Shown in pieces: positions 28,711 through 43,839 of a stretch of DNA of 64,000 bases. The notes below the pieces were generated by a model. That model was not told the DNA's origin, searched no databases, and saw only the letters and a list, made by a program, of their open reading frames with translations. This DNA is from Octopus vulgaris (taxonomy: Eukaryota): the NCBI GenBank assembly GCA_951406725.2, contig OX597821.1, positions 11,842,001 through 11,906,000 on the forward strand. The letters are read 5' to 3'. A program made the translations under genes and the position numbers. Each line of letters starts with the position of its first letter. The stretch's first letter is position 1.

Positions 28711-30411
28711 ATATCTTTATTATGGGCACGATGGCCCTAATGCAGACGGGACATTACAAGACGGGACGTGGGGTACATAAAGTAAAAAATAAAATATGAA
28801 ATGAAGATGATTTATGTGTAATGAGTTAGATGGAACGGCTTACGAGCCCCCCAACTCGCAGTTCCGTTTAAAATACAATTGTACATTTTACAATTACATA
28901 TATTCCAGTTCAAAATACAATTTTACATTTTACAATCTTACAATTTACAATTTTGCATTTTAACATTACATATATTCCAGTTCTTTTATATTGGACGTTC
29001 GTCCGTCATATCAATTACATCTGGTCTATCATATTTGGCAAATTGTCATACCGTACATATTGCGCTACATAAATAGCATTAAATATCTTTTTCAATTTTG
29101 TGAATGTCTCTTTTTCTATAACTACGCCTTTCACATCGTCACCATACAGTTTTGGGTGCAACTTCACCCTGATCAATCCTTTCCTACCTACAAGTCTGTT
29201 TTCCACTTCTGTGTCTTTGATATACATCACGAATGCCTTCAGGTTTTTTCCTGCAGGTCTTCTTCCCTTTTTACAAGCTTCCAACTGCTCTTTCACTTTT
29301 GTCTCCCATTCTTGGTCAGCCTCTGCCATTGTCTGCTCTCTCGCCTTCTCTTTTACTTCCTTTTCTTTGCACGTTCTCTCTTCTTTTTCTTCTGTTATCT
29401 TGCTTTTGATTTTTTTTCTTTTTTAGAACTTTCGGTGGTGATTCCACCCTTGTTCTCTTCCTATCTTCTGTTCTTTCCTCCTCTGTACTTGCACGTTCTT
29501 CTTCCACATCCATAATTAGCTGCTCCTCCGTTTGCGCCTTTACACTCCTTCGTTACAGCCTCCGGTGCTATCGTTTTCTCCAGCGGGCACACATCCTTCA
29601 TGTCGCCTCTTAATTTACAATTATAGCAGACTGGGAGTCTTCCCTCTACCACGACTCTAAGCCGTGTCTCATCAGGGAAGACCAACTCCTCCGGGATGTT
29701 GTACAGGTCTGGCACGGTTATATGTGCCAGAACCTGCACCGCATATCCCCACCATTTAACTTCTGTTGAATTCTCCACCTTCAACACCTCCACACTTTCC
29801 TTGCAGTTGAAAACTACTGCCGCTAATATCCTCTCCATGTTAAGTTCGGGCGAAATCCTACTAATTCTTATTCTGACTGCCCTCTTTCCGCAGTAACTTG
29901 GTAATAAAGTCCAACTTTCCGATTTCAGAATTCTTGTCGCATTCTTCCTTGCTTCATTTTCATTTTTAAAGTGTACCACCACTGTGGCATATTTCCTTCC
30001 TCTGTTGAAAAAGGTAGGTTCACCCTCAATTCCTTTCAGACATTTCTCTATTTCTTCCGTCTCTGCAACTTCTATTTTTCTTGACGCCACACACCATGTC
30101 CTGTACGTTATCATACGTTTCTCCGCGTTGTTTTCTTCTTCTTCGGACGGTGTGACTCTCACGCAGTCACCCTCCCTCTTCAAACTGTCGAAATATTTTT
30201 CTAAAGTCTTCTTCTCGACTACCACTTCTTCCATTTCTAGTTCACTCGCAACCACGCCTCTGCCTGCTGCTCTCGCGTAAGTCTGGTCTTGCATTTTCAA
30301 AATTTCAAAATAAAATCCACCACGTCCTCCAGCAACGAACTCGAACTCACAACCTCTTCACAATGACGCACTCGAAACAAACACACCAGAATAACGACTC
30401 CAAAAAAAATA
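28711..30411 (-). mobile_element. ORF1-only non-LTR retroelement (HAL1/Tx1-L1-like), 1701 bp, with 17-bp TSD
   Basis: TSD GGTCGGATGGTGATATT (28694-28710) / GGTCGGCTGGTGATATT (30412-30428). T-rich 5' end, a single gag-like ORF, AATAAAGA near the 3' end, and no RT or endonuclease. Confidence 0.82.
29015..30294 (-). pseudogene. L1/Tx1-type ORF1 (gag-like, zinc knuckle), about 425 codons, two frameshifts
   Basis: Three successive frames: 29461-30300, 29316-29513 and 29015-29329. RVVVEGRLPVCYNCKLRGDMKDVCP is a CX2CX4(H>D)X4C knuckle, preceded by an RRM-like region and followed by a charged tail. Confidence 0.8.
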
Positions 30412-30870
30412 GGTCGGCTGGTGATATTTGCCTCGACTTCATAATTGTATATATGTATACTCAGTGAAGTTTATTCACTGATTATCAAAATAAGAAATAT
30501 TGCATTTCTAAATCTCTCGTAGAGACATGTACGGTGGTGGGGCGATAGAATGGTTGTATACTGTCAATCTAACAAGAACGTGACAGTAGGGGGTACACCA
30601 CCGTTGTATAGCCCTAGGAGGCATCGAACGCCTCCTGACAGCTTCGACACATTTTTTCCCTGTGTCCTTATATACATAAAATGTGTCGAAGCTGTCAGGA
30701 GGCGTTCGATGCCTCCTAGGGCTATACAACGGTGGTGTACACCCTACTGTCACGTTCTTGTTAGATTGACAGTATAAAACCATTCTATATATGTGTATAT
30801 ATATATGTGCCAATGCAATTACATAAAGCATAAAAATTATAGATCTCTTAGAAAAGAATACAAAATTTCT

Positions 30871-31022
30871 TAACTCGACAGCTGTTTCCGGAAATTCCAA
30901 ATTACATAATAATCGTAATGTTCGTAATTTGTAGATGGGATGTACAAAATGTATTGGTTATGCAGCCATTAAGTAATTACAGAGCGTTATTAATATAAAA
31001 CTGGTTTCCTTCATCAGGTGAA
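30871..31022 (-). ncRNA. Hammerhead-like motif with ~120-nt stem II region
   Basis: Reverse complement: CTGATGA AGGAAACCA ... TGGAATTTCC G GAAAC AGCT GTC. Palindromic stem III; stem I poor. Confidence 0.5.
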
Positions 31023-31837
31023 AATTGGAAAACCCAGTTCATACAGTAGTGCAAGATTGAAGGGGGAATGGGGAAAAAATGAGAAGAATATATTGGTTCT
31101 TGCGAACGTTAACGATCCGGAAATACCGATCATTATGCTTATTACGTAATGTCGCCTCAATATTCAGTATATTTATCGTGTAAGTTAATACGTGTATATA
31201 TATATATATATAATATTATACACACACATACATCCCTATTTAGGTATGTATGTAGTGAGTGTGGTAGATATGCAGATAAGCAGAAATATAAAGATATACA
31301 TATTTCATTTTATCTGCATCACTGTCACTCTCTTTCTATCACTGTCTATACACACTCACACACACACATACAAACACACACAGCCACACACATACAAGCA
31401 CACCCACACATTTATTCCCACCTACAAATATATACACACTAATAATCTCACGCACATTTGCATTTATACGTATATCTTGCTTTTTACGAGAATTTTATTG
31501 TGGAGTTATAAATTATAACAAACTGATAGTCTAGACTTGCAGTTGCCGTAGTGGTGCAATGATAGCAATAGATATATGTTGGTCGAATCATCTGACATAA
31601 CCGTCAGCCTAAACATGCTGATAAGATATTTTACGTGATGGCTGACGCTGTAGAAATTACGGAAATGTATTTTGCAGCAGTTTATGGTTTCTGATGTGTT
31701 CCCGTTAAACGTAATTTTTGCTGTCTCTAGAGAATATGTGAAATGTGACAGGACATTAACTGCTTGTGAAGGCATATTCCGCCACACTTGTGATCTTGTA
31801 TACACGTAAATACATATATTTACGTGTATATATAATC

Positions 31838-32590
31838 TCGCATGCGCGAAATTAAAAATATAAAATAGCGACAATTTTCTCATCATCTATTGAGAAAATT
31901 GTCGCTATTTTATATTTTTAATTTCGCGCATGCGCATTTTTGCTTTTAAATTCGTCAACTACACAAAATAGGAGGGCCTGTGAGAAAAACACCATTTCGC
32001 AATTCACTCTGCCACAAATTTAGAAACGACATGTTGTACTGCTTGGCATTCGTGCCGGCAGCTCTAATACGAACATTACAAAGTGTTTGAGTGTCAATCG
32101 TGAAGGCTTGCCGTTTCCCCAAAATATGTACCTATAACGATAAAAAAATCAAACATCCAGTCAACATCATGATGCTTAGAGTGATGGCGACGTTAGACCT
32201 TCATTCCTCTTCCCACATGGCCTCAGACTCAACCCGGAGGCCTACATCAAGTTCCTGGAGGAGGTAGTGCTGCCCTGGTTCAAGGCCGTTGATACTGGTA
32301 GGCCCTATGTTTAGCAACAGGGCTCTATTCCATGCCACACACGCAGGAGGACCCACTCATGGCTGTCAGATAAGTTCTGCAACCACATCACTCCTAATAT
32401 CTGGTTACCTAACTTCCTAGAATGCAATCCCTTTGATTATTAGGTGTGGGGCGCAGTTCAGCGAGAAGCAACAAAACTCCTTGTAACAACAACCATCAAC
32501 TGACAGCAAGGGTTATGGCAGCATTCACCAACTTAAACAAAGAGAGCGTTCAGAAAAGTTGCGGGAGATTCCGAAGTCGTTTGGAGGCTT
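31838..32590 (+). mobile_element. maT/DD37D-like transposon relic preceded by a ~45-bp-arm palindrome
   Basis: Remnants PHGLRLNPEAYIKFLEEVVLPW, YV*QQGSIPCH and IWLPNFLECNPFDY*VWG (WPPNSPDCNPLDY type). Palindrome at 31840-31934. Confidence 0.75.
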
Positions 32591-33034
32591 ATAGACACCG
32601 AGATACACGCACACACGCGCACACACACATACACGCCCGCACATATGATTATATTCAGAAAGAGAGAGGGTGGAGAGAAAGAATCGAAGTGAGTAATTGA
32701 CAGAATGAAGAAGAAGAGCATACAAAGACAGAAAAGATGCATACATTTCTAGATGTAAATCGAATTACGGTTTAATGGATAGGATTTAATGATTGGGAAT
32801 GTATATTATCAATATAATCGGTTAAAGTGAGATAACTTTTTCCACATCGAGATTTTTCGCAATCTATAGACATCATACGGCTAGAACCACGTGTGTTTAT
32901 TGATATCTGTAACGATTATGGATGTTTCAATATTCTCCGTTCCTTCTCTTCACACCTATACTCAAACGTGTGCATGTATAAATGTGTGTGGCGTCTGTGT
33001 ACGTGTGCGTGTATATATATATATATATATATAT

Positions 33035-33769
33035 CTGGCCCGCATGTTCAGACTCCGAGGTTACCCACCCACACTCCTCTCTGATGCCCCCACCCGCGCC
33101 CGTCGCATCGACCGCACTACCGCCTTGTCTCCTTCCCCCCGCCCACCCCCCAACCGCACCCCCTTCCCCCTCCTTTTCCACCCCTCTACCCTACCCCTTC
33201 GTCGCAAGATACTACGTGCCTTCCGTCGCCTCCAGCTTGATCCCACCACCCGCCCCATTTTCCCTAACCCACCCCTGTCCTCTTTCAAACGAGCCCGCAA
33301 TCTGCGTGACCTCCTGGTCCACAGCACCCTCTCCCCTTCCCCCTCAGCCCCACACGGATCATTCCCTTGCTCTAGATCCCGCTGCAACACTTGCCCCTTC
33401 ATCACCAACACCACCGCTGTCACCGGCTCCAACCTGCATACTGTACGCATTAGGCACTCTTTTACGTGCACCTCGTCTGGCCTTATTTACTGCATTAAAT
33501 GCAACCTATGCGGGATGCTGTATGTAGGTCAGACGGGACGCCGGTTGTCCGACCGTTTCACTGAACACTTGAGGGACGTTCGCCTACACTCTTTTTCTCC
33601 CGTCGCACGCCACTTCCGCTCGGCCGGCCATTCCCGAGATGACATCTCAGTGTTTGGTCTCGCCCCCCACAATGGTCGCCCACTTTCCAGGCTCCACTTG
33701 GAGCAACGCTACATCTTCACCCTACAAACTACCACCCCACACGGACTTAACACAGCCCCCTCCTCTTGA
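33035..33769 (+). CDS. PLE RT C-terminus, Cys-rich linker and GIY-YIG endonuclease (5'-truncated, open frame)
   Basis: FRLRGYP, FKRARNLRDLLVHS, CSRSRCNTC, LIYCIKCNLCGMLYVGQTGRRLSDRFTEH, EQRYIFTLQTTTPHGLN. The ORF-track start at 32891 is read-through from flank. Confidence 0.9.
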   Translation: MARMFRLRGYPPTLLSDAPTRARRIDRTTALSPSPRPPPNRTPFPLLFHPSTLPLRRKILRAFRRLQLDPTTRPIFPNPPLSSFKRARNLRDLLVHSTLSPSPSAPHGSFPCSRSRCNTCPFITNTTAVTGSNLHTVRIRHSFTCTSSGLIYCIKCNLCGMLYVGQTGRRLSDRFTEHLRDVRLHSFSPVARHFRSAGHSRDDISVFGLAPHNGRPLSRLHLEQRYIFTLQTTTPHGLNTAPSS

Positions 33770-36654
33770 GACCGTTTTTTTTTTTTTTTTTTTTTTTTTC
33801 CGGACACACCACCCACACACACCCACCCACCTACCTCCCACCCACCTACCTACCTCCCACACGCCTGTTCACACACACACATACGTAGACCCATCTACGT
33901 ACATACATTCACACATTTAATCACACACACTTACAGACACACATGCACATACACACACACATACATACACACACGCATACATACTTACACACACACACAC
34001 ACACAGACATACATACACACATACACACACACATACATACGCACATACATACACACACACTCACACACACACACCGCACGTACATACCTCACACACACAC
34101 ACATGCACACATACATGTAGGCACATACATACATACATACCCACACATGCACACCCGTACACTGAATGCACACACACATACACCTTTTTGCATCCAGGCA
34201 GCCCCCCCTCTTTTCTGCTTTCCGGTTTTGGCTGATGGATCCTCGGTTCCCGCGTAGCGGGGCGTTCGAGGGCCTTTGCGCTCGCGCGCCTTGGCGCGCG
34301 CTGGGGGCTCGGTCGGCCCCTTTGGGCTTGCGTTGCACTGCTTGTGCGTTGTGTGCGTGAGCGCGCTTCGTGTGTGTGGGCTTGCTTCGGATGTGCGCTT
34401 GCGTATGTTTGCATACATACCCACACACTCGCATGCATCCCTACCCACATACATACACGCACACCTACTCACACACACACATACACACACACACATACCC
34501 GCACACACACACACATACATACATACACACACATACACACTTCAGACATACACACACACAGACATACACCCATACACCCACACTCACACGCATACACACA
34601 CACACATACACACGCACACGTACACATACACACACACACACACCCACATACATACATTACACTTGTATACGCACACACTTACATTCATACACACACACAC
34701 CTACACAGCCATACCCTCACTCAGACACACACATCTACCTACACACACACAAACACACACTGACACACACCCATACATAGATACATCTACACACTCACGC
34801 CTACACACATACATACACACATACATAAACACACACACATACACATACACACACATACGCACACACGCATATACTTATACACATGCACACACACACATAC
34901 ATACACCCATATACATACACACACACATACCTACATACTCCTATACGCACATACATACACACAGACATACACACATACACACTCACACAAACATACACAC
35001 ACACATACTTACACACACACTCACCTGCACGCGCACACACATGCATGACAAACACTCATACACTCACACTCACATACGCACACACCAACATAAACACGCA
35101 CACGCACACACACACCTACACTCCCACACACATACACACGCACCTACATACACACACGCACGCATACACACGCATACACACATACATTACACACGTACAC
35201 ACACACCTACATACACATGCACACACACACACACACAAACATGCACGGACACACCCAGACATACATACATACACCTATATACACACGCCTACACACCTAC
35301 ATACACACACATATACACACGCCCACACAGCTACATACACACACATACATACACACATACACGGACACACCCATACATACTTACATACATACACCTATAC
35401 ACACACGCCTACACACCTACACACACATATGCACACACACACACATGTACGCACATACACACACATATACGCACACACATATATACCCACACACATGCAC
35501 ACACACACACATATGCACATACATGCACGCATGCACACGCGCACACCTACACGCATACACACACACACACGCACGTACACATACATACATACACACACGC
35601 ATACATACACCCATACACATACATGCATCCTACACACACATACATACACACTCACACATACATACACACACACGCACTCACTCACACACCTGTATGTTCG
35701 CGCACACACATGCACATACACACACTTCCCCACACCCACACGTACATACATACACACTCATACACACATACACACACACACACACACACGGACATACATC
35801 TATGCACACACATATATACACACATACTCACATACATTCATCGGACACACTGCCACCCAGACATACACACAGACACACTCACACATCCACACGCACACAT
35901 ACGTACGCGCACACTCGCAGGCTCGCGCACACACGCGTTTGCGCCGGTTCGCGCACGCATGCGCCCGCATGCACCTCGCCCTTGGATCCGACGAGACCTC
36001 CCGCCCGTTCCTGGGATGTCGCTTGTCGTTGGGTTTTCCCACGCCCGTCTCCGCGGGACCACTCCTCCATCTTCCCCTCCGCTGGAGTCCTTTTCCTAAA
36101 CCCCCCCCCCCTTTTTTTTCGTTACACACACGCGCACACATATACACACATTGCTTAAACATATACATCACTCTTACACACATTCAATCTACTCGCCACT
36201 AATACTACCACGACACTGGACACACACACACACTACTACTCAACACACGCTGGCACGCTACATACGCCCCCACCCCTTCCCCTCCCTCCCTTCCTCCTTC
36301 CTCCCTTTTCTCACTACTGACCTTTGTCTGCTATGCTGCTGCTATGCTGACCACCGTCTCGCCCTACCTCACACGCCTACACACAGACGCACACACTAAC
36401 ACATACATATATTTTTTGTTTTTTTACCTCGCCTCACACACACACATACACACACGCACACGCACACACTCACACATACACACACATCTGTTGCGTTACC
36501 AACCTTGTCTCCACTCTTTTGCCTTTAAAAACCCACTTTGCTCTTGTTATCGTAAACATCCGCCTTTCACCATGTGCTTCTGCTAACACCAGCCGTTTTT
36601 TTCTCTATCTCCGTTGCCCGCTCCGGGATCTTTCTTTCCTCTCTTCCTTCTTTA

Positions 36655-36690
36655 TGTTTCCGACGAAGAGCTCCGCTCGAAACGTCATAC
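36655..36690 (+). ncRNA. Minimal PLE hammerhead motif
   Basis: CCGACGA AGAGC TCC GCTC GAAAC GTC, about 100 bp before the element end. Confidence 0.65.
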
Positions 36691-36825
36691 CTCCCTGCTT
36701 CCATTTCCTGAGCGCCTATTAATAATAATACTGTAATTGTTCCCTTGTTGTTGTTTTTTTGTTTCCCGTTTGGATTAAAATTATATATATATATATATAT
36801 ATATAAATATATATAGGTATATGTA

Positions 36826-36878
<53 letters not shown>

Positions 36879-36935
36879 GTATATATGTGTTGATATATAT
36901 AAATATGTGTGTGTGTGTGTATGTATATATATATG

Positions 36936-36989
<54 letters not shown>

Positions 36990-37479
36990 GTGTGTATATA
37001 GATACAAATATGTGTGTGTGTGCGTGTGTGTGTGTGTTTATTTCTATCTAGCTATATGTATACATTCACAAGTATATGTAGAATAATATAGATATAAATA
37101 TATACGTTTGTATAAGCATATGCATACATACATATGTATATATGTGCAGAAATGTCAATAAATATGATATTATAAACGAATATTACAGATAATGATAATC
37201 TATATATTTATTTTGACCCGCTATAATCACATTCCACTGACTATCGATTACAGCAAATATTGTCGATAGGGTGGACATCACTTTTGATGAGTTTCTTATA
37301 TGCAATAGATTTAGTGCGATATCATTCCGCTACAGCCACCATGAACACCATCACAAAAATAAACACTACCAACATCACCTACGATTATCGGTTTCAACAA
37401 CCTCAAACACCAGTGCTAGCCTCCATCTACCACCATACCATTGAGACTAGAATTGCCGCTACCATTAATGATATTGATT

Positions 37480-38066
37480 TCAAATTTTGGCACAATGCCA
37501 GCAAATTAAGCGGAGGTGTTCATTTGAAATTATCGATTCCGGCGTTGTACTTATTTTATTGAATTGAAACGATACAAAGGAAAAGTCGACCATCTCGGAT
37601 TTTCGACTCAGAATGTAAAGACGGGCGAAACACTGCTAAGCATTTTGCTCGGCGCACTAACGATTCTTTTCTACTTTAGGCACAATGCTCGCAATTTTTG
37701 TAGAGCGCGGTGGGACAGTCGATTAGATCGACCCCAGTACGCGACTGGTACTTAATTTATCGACCCCGAAAGAATGAAAGGCAAAGTCGACATCGGTGGA
37801 ATTTGAACTCAGAACGTAGTGGCAGACGAAATACCTATTTCTTTACTACCCACAAGGGGCTAAACACAGAGAGGACAAACAAGGACAGACAAACGGATTA
37901 AGTCTATTATATCGACCCCAGTGCGTAACTGGTACTTATGTAACTGACCCCGAAGGGATAAAAGGCAAAGTCGACCTCGGCGGAATTTGAACTCAGAACG
38001 TAGCGGCAGAGGAAATACCGCTGAGCATTTCTCCCGGTGTGCTAACGTTTCTGCGAGTTCGCCGCC
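37480..38066 (-). mobile_element. SINE family B: dimeric copy plus an older adjacent copy
   Basis: Repeated AAGGCAAAGTCGAC(C/A)TCGG(C/T)GGAATTTGAACTCAGAACG units; the head ends GTTCGCCGCC at ~38066. Confidence 0.85.
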
Positions 38067-38217
38067 CTACCACTATTAACAATCCTTTCTAGGATAGGTA
38101 CAACGTCTGACACTTTGAAGGAAGGGGCTGATCATTTACATCGACATTTAAAGGGTAATTTGAAATTATAACGTAAGCATTTCGCCCGGCATGTTACGGA
38201 CTAGGCTAGTTCTCTGT

Positions 38218-39653
<1,436 letters not shown>

Positions 39654-40189
39654 CTCTACTATATGTACAAGGCTTGGAAATCCGTAATTTTGGCACAAGG
39701 CCGACAGATTTAAGAGGAGGAAGCGAATAGATTCCATTGATCCCAGCACTTAGCTCGTACTTATTTTATCGATACTGAAAAGATGCAAATGCAAAAAAGG
39801 CTTCGATGATATTTGTACTCAGGAAGTTAAGCTGGACGAGATGCCACGAAGCAAATTTTCCCATGTGCTAAACAGTCTCCAAGCAGCAGCTGACCATTGG
39901 GATCAACATGATCCACTTAGCCCACTCTTTTCTTGTGTGTATGTATGTATCTCTTCCCGATACCCCCTCTCTCTCTCTCTCTCTCTCTTTGTACCTTTAT
40001 GTATCGGTATTTAATATTAATCTGTAGCTACCATTTACCAGTATAGCTACTGCGTTGTTTTACCATCTCAGCTCGAGAAAATCAACAGACCATCGTTATC
40101 ATCATAACCACTTCTACAATGACAACAACCATTTATCCCCCTCCTCCTCCTCATAGTACCACTACTACTACTACTACTACTACTTGTCT

Positions 40190-41170
40190 ATTTATGTTAT
40201 AGTCTGAAACTCCTGGTGAATCCTCCTCACCAGGCTCCCAGTCTCCATTCTGAAAATTAGATGAACCGTACCACTGTGAAACGGGGTTCGCTGCCGGCTG
40301 CTCCCATCGGAACCTGTTGTCGTTGTCCTGCCAACATATATGTCTATCTCTCTAAGTCGCTTTGCTTCTTATGTCAGTGAGAAGCAGCCCCTTCATGGAA
40401 TAAGAATGTGGTGATCAATTCCTACCTTTTCATATTTGCACATTGCTTTGCATTCGGAACACCGGCTTCAATGCTTGCTGCTGGTTTTACTGCTTCTTTT
40501 CAGTTATCCTGCATAGAAAGCATTCGACAACTACTCCCGTTCCGTGAGTCTCGGGCGGATTCTCTTCCCTGAAAGATCAGTATAGTGTCTTTTAGTTGAC
40601 ATCTTCTATGTGATAAAACTCTAAAATTTATCCATCATCGCGAAGAAACTTGAGGATTTGAATTGTATGTTCATAGTCACGTTGCCTAATTACAAGTAAC
40701 ACACTTTGTTGTCAGTGAAAACATGTTCATACTGCTGTACAAAATCTTCCACGAGCGCTAGAAGCTACATCTACATAGAAGTTTTTAAAGGTGGCCATCT
40801 TCTTCTCGGCCCCAAATACTCATTATACCTGGTTACGGTTTCTTAATACCGCAATATCTGAGCTAATGCACTTGACTCGTTACGCATTTCGAAAATAACA
40901 ATACACAGCATATCATCCGACTTAATTCTCGCGCTGAAGTATATTTCTTTCCATCTTATCTGAGAAAGTTACCTTTTTCGTTCTTTGGAGAGCAGAAGGA
41001 AACTTCTGTGGCTTTAATGAAATATTGGCAGGTAAATTTACTTTTCACTCATGCTTCAGGATTAGTTTCTAATACTGAGAACACAGCTCTGTGTACGAAG
41101 TATTACCTTCCTCTTGTTCTCTGAATGAAAATTTCCACAGCAAGCGCCTTTCATTTAAAACTACGCTTGC
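40190..41170 (-). mobile_element. Possible decayed LINE (APE endonuclease region)
   Basis: Only weak, stop-ridden motif remnants on the minus strand. Confidence 0.25.
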
Positions 41171-41584
41171 CTACAATGAAGTCACGCGCGTGCATTGGTA
41201 AAAAAATATTTTATGAGGATGGGCCTGTACATATGTACCAAACGTTAATGTTGTTGTGAAAGGCATTGTTTTCAATGCGATTATTTGAGTTGCTCTCTTG
41301 TATTCTTTATTATTTCCTCCCATTTATTACTACAAGGATATCGCTATGTTTAAAACTGTTCCTTTACATCTTGATTTATTCAGGAAGCCATATTGCTCAT
41401 TTCAATATTTGTATTTGATTTTTTCCCCTTTTATTTTTGGGTATTGTTATACTGAATAACAAGGCGCTCGTATTCTAAGGAATTTACTCGATGATAAAAT
41501 GGAATATTATTTTTTTTTAAATGCCTTAACCTATACCTTCATAGGGTAAATGTCCAAACTTTCTACGGTTAAGTTTCAGAAGAA

Positions 41585-41634
<50 letters not shown>

Positions 41635-41689
41635 CACACATATATATATATATATAAACACATATATATATATATATATAACACACACA

Positions 41690-41767
<78 letters not shown>

Positions 41768-41822
41768 CAAATTCTTTTTTATTCCATTAATGCAGATTGT
41801 ATTTTAAATAGTAAATACTACC

Positions 41823-41945
<123 letters not shown>

Positions 41946-42294
41946 GTAGTAGCAGCAGTAGTAGTTGTAGCAACAGCAGCAGCAGTAGCAGCAACAGCAG
42001 CAGCAGCAGTAGTAGTAGTAGTTGTAGTAACAGCAACAACAATAATAATGGGTACGAGGCCAACGATTCCGGGAGCGGGCTAAGTCGATTAGAGCGACCT
42101 GAGTATTCAACTGGTACTTTTATTTCATCACCGCACGAAAGCATGAAAACCAAAGTCGACCTCGGTGGAATTTGAACTGAGAATGATAAGCCGGATGAAA
42201 TGCTGCTAAGCATTTTGCCCTTCGTGCTAACGATTCTACCTACTAATCACCTCTGTAATAATGCTAATGATAATAATATTAATTATAAAAGAAT

Positions 42295-42716
42295 AGGAGA
42301 CCTCAGGACAAACTCGTGGTTAAAGAACTCGCTTATGACCAAGAAGTCTGATATAAAATTCCTACGGTGCAATTTACTGGATTGACCACCAGCATAGGAT
42401 AACCTGTCTTACTTTAGTATCGATAGGCTTTTTTGATCTATGGGGAACAATCTATGCAGAGACTGTGTCCGTGTACGACCTCACTTACAAATCCATAGTG
42501 CCTTAATGATGATAAATCAGAGCCCATGCCGCATCGGCTGTCTCTCGTTCTAGTGTGAGCTGCGTAACCCTAATAGGAACCAAACACGGATCGACATGTT
42601 TGCTTTCGTTTAAACTTTAACAATATTGGGTTGAAAGTCTCTTTCAGGTAGGACAAATACTTGTCATGATCCTTCCTACACTGCGTGGTAATGGTTCTGC
42701 CAGCTAGTTCGCTGCT

Positions 42717-42758
<42 letters not shown>

Positions 42759-43300
42759 CAGTAGTAGTTGTTGTTGTTGTTGTAGTGATGTTGGTGGTGG
42801 CGGTGGCGGTGGTTATGTTGATGAAAATCATATTTATTTCAAAGGTACTGGGGAAGAAATGTAGTTGCTTACATGGGAGAATGAAGAAACAACTTCAGGA
42901 TTACCTGAGTGGAGGAGTGAGACCCAATTGGATGACGAGAGGTAAAAGAGTACGCTTTATGAGAGACAGAAGCAAAGGCAATATAGCAAGTTTTTATTGA
43001 GTAATCAGTTGCTTACCATTGATGTGGAAGCTTTTAACAAGGTGAGTTAAGGGTAAATAGGCCTTTTTTGATCTATGGTGAATAATCTATGCAGATGCTG
43101 TGTCCCCGTTGGACCTACTTAAAATCCTTTAGTGTCTCAATGATGACAAATCAGAGTTTACACAGGATCTGTCGTCTCTCATTCCAATAAAGGCCGCGTC
43201 ACCCCGAGAGGAACCAATGATAGGCCGAAAGGTTTACTCCTGTTTCAAATCGTCATTAAAATATTGGGTTTAAGGTCACCTACAACAAGACAAACGCTTT
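42295..43300 (+). repeat. Two diverged copies of an old SINE-like repeat (~42425-42640 and ~43058-43280), with an R4-like RT fragment (42845-43022) between them
   Basis: Both copies read TAGGC(C)TTTTTTGATCTATGG...AATCTATGCAGA...AATGATGAYAAATCAGAG...AATATTGGGTT. The middle fragment reads PNWMTRGK...CLPLMWKLLT. Confidence 0.7.
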
Positions 43301-43746
43301 TGACGACTCACCATACCAACGGCTAGCAACTACTATTGAAATCAAGAAACAGAAATTGACCAAGGAAGCAATAAACATGTTATTGAGGCTTATTACACTA
43401 CGATGTATTATTCATAAGGAGTTTTATAAACTGAGCAAATACGTCAACGATTCATAATATTTGACTAAACATAAATGGTAATAAGCCTGTGAATTCACGC
43501 AGAAATATCAGAAAAAAGTGTAATAACAAGGAGAATGATAAGGCTATAAATTTCAATTACAGATATATTCAACCTAACTAGGTTCTGTACAGTTTCCGTC
43601 TAGCATGTGTCACTCAAAAATAGAAGGCGGACGAAGCTACAGAGAAGGATATAGATATTCTGTGTAAGAAATTGAAGCCTAAATATGGTGACTGCAAAGT
43701 GAAATTGTTTGCACTCTGCAATACTGAACTAACGTACTCATATATT

Positions 43747-43785
<39 letters not shown>

Positions 43786-43839
43786 CTACTCGGAAATGGA
43801 TGAATGGTGTTCAATCAAATAATATATATATATATATAA

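Larger units (their letters stand above)
28408..30789 (-). mobile_element. Second retrozyme-like unit (~365-bp monomer, 1.5 tandem copies plus inverted end), split by an insertion
   Basis: 28408-28594 repeats at 30491-30677, and 30678-30789 is an inverted copy. Removing 28711-30428 restores a 365-bp period. Confidence 0.82.
33035..36782 (+). mobile_element. 5'-truncated Neptune-type Penelope-like element with a long CA-rich 3' region and terminal hammerhead, in (TA)n
   Basis: RT C-terminus and GIY-YIG ORF, then ~3 kb of CA-rich tail and a hammerhead at 36660-36686, with (TA)n on both sides. Confidence 0.88.

Noticed and set aside
28425-30677. LTR retrotransposon reading (direct repeats around a gag-like ORF)
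   Set aside because: No TG...CA ends, PBS or pol. The inner 17-bp TSD shows an insertion into a tandem unit.
34276-36099. 607-aa His/Thr/Tyr-rich ORF and overlapping long ORFs
   Set aside because: Translation of degenerate (CA)n, which is poor in stop codons. It is open in several frames and lies in a PLE tail.
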